DNA of 64,000 nucleotides, from NCBI GenBank assembly GCA_963804165.1, contig CAWDPO010000017.1:384001-448000 (forward strand), read 5' to 3'. Shown one piece after another: positions 62,057 to 64,000 of the stretch. Both the position numbers and the translations under genes were made by a program. This stretch comes from an uncultured delta proteobacterium. Its GTDB lineage: Bacteria > Desulfobacterota > Binatia > UBA9968. Positions within the stretch are counted from its first letter, which is position 1. Every line of letters begins with the position of its first letter. The notes under the pieces are model-generated. The model did no database searches, was not told the DNA's origin, and was given only the letters and a program-made list of their open reading frames with translations.

Positions 62057-63436
62057 ATGATGAAGATCTCCGCCAACGTGCTCGAAGCCGTCGGTAACAC
62101 TCCGCTCGTCCGCCTCAACCATATTACCGCGGGAATTTCTGCGACGGTCTGCGTGAAACTCGAGGCGTCCAATCCGGGACGGAGCGTCAAGGACAGAATC
62201 GCGCTTGCGGTGGTCGAGGATGCGGAGAGGAAGGGATTGCTCAAGCCGGGAGGCACGATCGTCGAGCCCACTTCGGGAAACATGGGAGTGGCGCTGGCGA
62301 TTGTCGCCGCGGTCAAGGGTTACAAGTGTATCTTTACGATCCCGGACAAAATGAGCATCGAAAAGATTCGCCGCCTGCGCGCTTTTGGCGCGGAGGTCGT
62401 CGTGACTCCCACGGCGGTGCCGCCGGAATCCTCCCAGTCCTACTATTCGGTTGCCAGACGTCTTGCCGAGGAGATCCCGGGCGCCTATATGCCCATGCAG
62501 TACGATAACCTCGCGAACCGGGAAGCTCATTACGCGTCCACGGGTCCTGAGATCTGGCAGCAGACCGACGGCAAGATCACTCACTTTGTCGCTGGGATTG
62601 GAACCGCGGGGACAATCTCGGGAACCGCCAAATACCTGAAAGAAAAAAATCCCCAGTGCACGGTCGTCGGAGTCGATCCTGAGGGATCGATCCTCGCCAA
62701 GGCTTTCAAGCGCGAGCAATGGTCATGGAGCGACTCACACCCGTACAAGGTCGAAGGGATTGGCGAGGACTTTGTGCCGAAGAACCTGCTCGTCGAATAC
62801 ATCGACGACGTCGTAACCGTTTCCGACCGCGACTCGTTTCTGATGGGCAGACGGCTTACACGGGAGGAGGGCCTCTTCTGTGGAGGATCTTCCGGTTCAG
62901 CCGTTGCGGGCGCGCTTGAATACGCTCGCGAGCGGCAGGTCGGCAAGGACAACCTTGTCGTCGTCTTACTTCCCGACGCGGGAGAAATCTATCTTTCGAA
63001 GATGTACTCCGATGAATGGATGAGGCAAAACCAGTTTCTTGGCAAAAGCGCCCGGGTGGGCGACATTCTCGAATCGAAGCGGCGAAAGCTTCCCGGGCTT
63101 CTGTCGGTCGAGATGACCTCCACCGTGCGCGATGCGATCACCACCATGAACCGATTCGGTGTCTCGCAACTTCCCGTATTCGATAAAGGGAATCTCGTCG
63201 GGTCGCTATGCGAGAGCGCGCTCTTCCAAAGATCTATGGAGACTCCCGAGGTGATGGAGCTTACTATTGGATCTCTGCTCGAGCCGCCGTTTCCCACGGT
63301 CGGGCCGGACGAAGACGTCTATGAGGTCGTGCAGCTCCTCAAGTCCTCGCCGGCCGTTCTCGTCCGCGATGCGGAGAAATACCAGGGAATTGTGACACGA
63401 TTCGATATCGTCGGTCACATAGGTGGACAGCCCTGA
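62057..63436 (+). CDS. cbs: Cystathionine beta-synthase (PLP) with a C-terminal CBS pair
   Basis: VGNTPLVRL, NPGRSVKDR, EPTSGN, GTAGT, YKVEGIGED, YLSKMYSDEWM, then SQLPV CBS domains. Confidence 0.9.
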   Translation: MMKISANVLEAVGNTPLVRLNHITAGISATVCVKLEASNPGRSVKDRIALAVVEDAERKGLLKPGGTIVEPTSGNMGVALAIVAAVKGYKCIFTIPDKMSIEKIRRLRAFGAEVVVTPTAVPPESSQSYYSVARRLAEEIPGAYMPMQYDNLANREAHYASTGPEIWQQTDGKITHFVAGIGTAGTISGTAKYLKEKNPQCTVVGVDPEGSILAKAFKREQWSWSDSHPYKVEGIGEDFVPKNLLVEYIDDVVTVSDRDSFLMGRRLTREEGLFCGGSSGSAVAGALEYARERQVGKDNLVVVLLPDAGEIYLSKMYSDEWMRQNQFLGKSARVGDILESKRRKLPGLLSVEMTSTVRDAITTMNRFGVSQLPVFDKGNLVGSLCESALFQRSMETPEVMELTIGSLLEPPFPTVGPDEDVYEVVQLLKSSPAVLVRDAEKYQGIVTRFDIVGHIGGQP

Positions 63437-63466
63437 TGGCACGGAAGACGGGCGGCGGGCAGCTCC

Positions 63467-64000
63467 ATGCAATTTGCCACGCGCGCCATCCACGCCGGAC
63501 AAGAACCCGAAGCCGCGACCGGGGCGATCACCGTTCCGATCTATCAGACCAGCACTTTCGCTCAGAGCGCGCCGGGCGTCCACAAAGGTTACGACTACTC
63601 GAGGACCGACAATCCGACGCGCAGCGCGCTCCAGACGGCGCTCGCGAGCTTGGAGTCGGCCGAATACTGCCTCGCGTTCTCCTCCGGTATGGGCGCGGCG
63701 ACCACTGCGATGTTCCTGTTCAAAAAGGGCGATCACGTGGTCTCCTCGCGCGACGTTTACGGCGGTACCTACCGGCTCTTTAGGACGGTGCTGGAAAACT
63801 TCGGGCTCACATTTTCCTTCGTGGAAACGTCCAGCGGCAGAGAAATCGAGCGCGCCATGACTCGGCGCACCCGGCTGGTCTGGATCGAGTCGCCGACCAA
63901 CCCGCTTCTCCGGATCACCGACATCAGGGCGGCGGCGAAAATTGCCCATCACCACGGCGCTCTCTGTCTGGTCGACAACACCTTCGCATCGCCGGTTTTC
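63467..64000 (+). CDS. Cystathionine gamma-lyase/synthase family, 3'-truncated by the window
   Basis: MQFATRAIHAGQ, PIYQTSTF, YSRTDNPTR, AFSSGM, YGGTYR, WIESPTNP, VDNTFASP. Read by hand because the open frame is absent from the ORF track. Confidence 0.9.
   Translation, partial: MQFATRAIHAGQEPEAATGAITVPIYQTSTFAQSAPGVHKGYDYSRTDNPTRSALQTALASLESAEYCLAFSSGMGAATTAMFLFKKGDHVVSSRDVYGGTYRLFRTVLENFGLTFSFVETSSGREIERAMTRRTRLVWIESPTNPLLRITDIRAAAKIAHHHGALCLVDNTFASPVF

Overview
This is a GC-rich bacterial window. The gene content (about 16 solute-binding proteins, class III CoA-transferases, a DUF6282-like metalloprotein, heptamer-repeat spacers) suggests a Binatota/Deltaproteobacteria-like genome (inference). 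Many genes are split by single-base indels, most likely from long-read errors. In order, it contains: a GGDEF-EAL protein and a six-GAF hybrid kinase; a hydroxycinnamoyl-CoA hydratase-lyase/ACAD/CoA-transferase cluster; a complete IS1111-type (IS110 family) element inside a REP palindrome, with a readable bridge-RNA target loop matching its own insertion site; an inserted three-gene module (PD-(D/E)XK nuclease, winged-helix protein, AAA+ ATPase) that is a candidate undescribed defence system; an MscS/MgtE block bracketed by a duplicated Tim44 3' end; two integron-cassette-like arrays with attC-like sites but no integrase; TRAP and ABC transporters; a cluster of non-canonical enzymes (CADD-like dimetal oxidase, three nucleophile-less alpha/beta hydrolases, an atypical ThDP E1 pair without E2/E3); and cystathionine beta-synthase plus gamma-lyase/synthase at the right edge. 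No rRNA, tRNA or CRISPR array was recognised.
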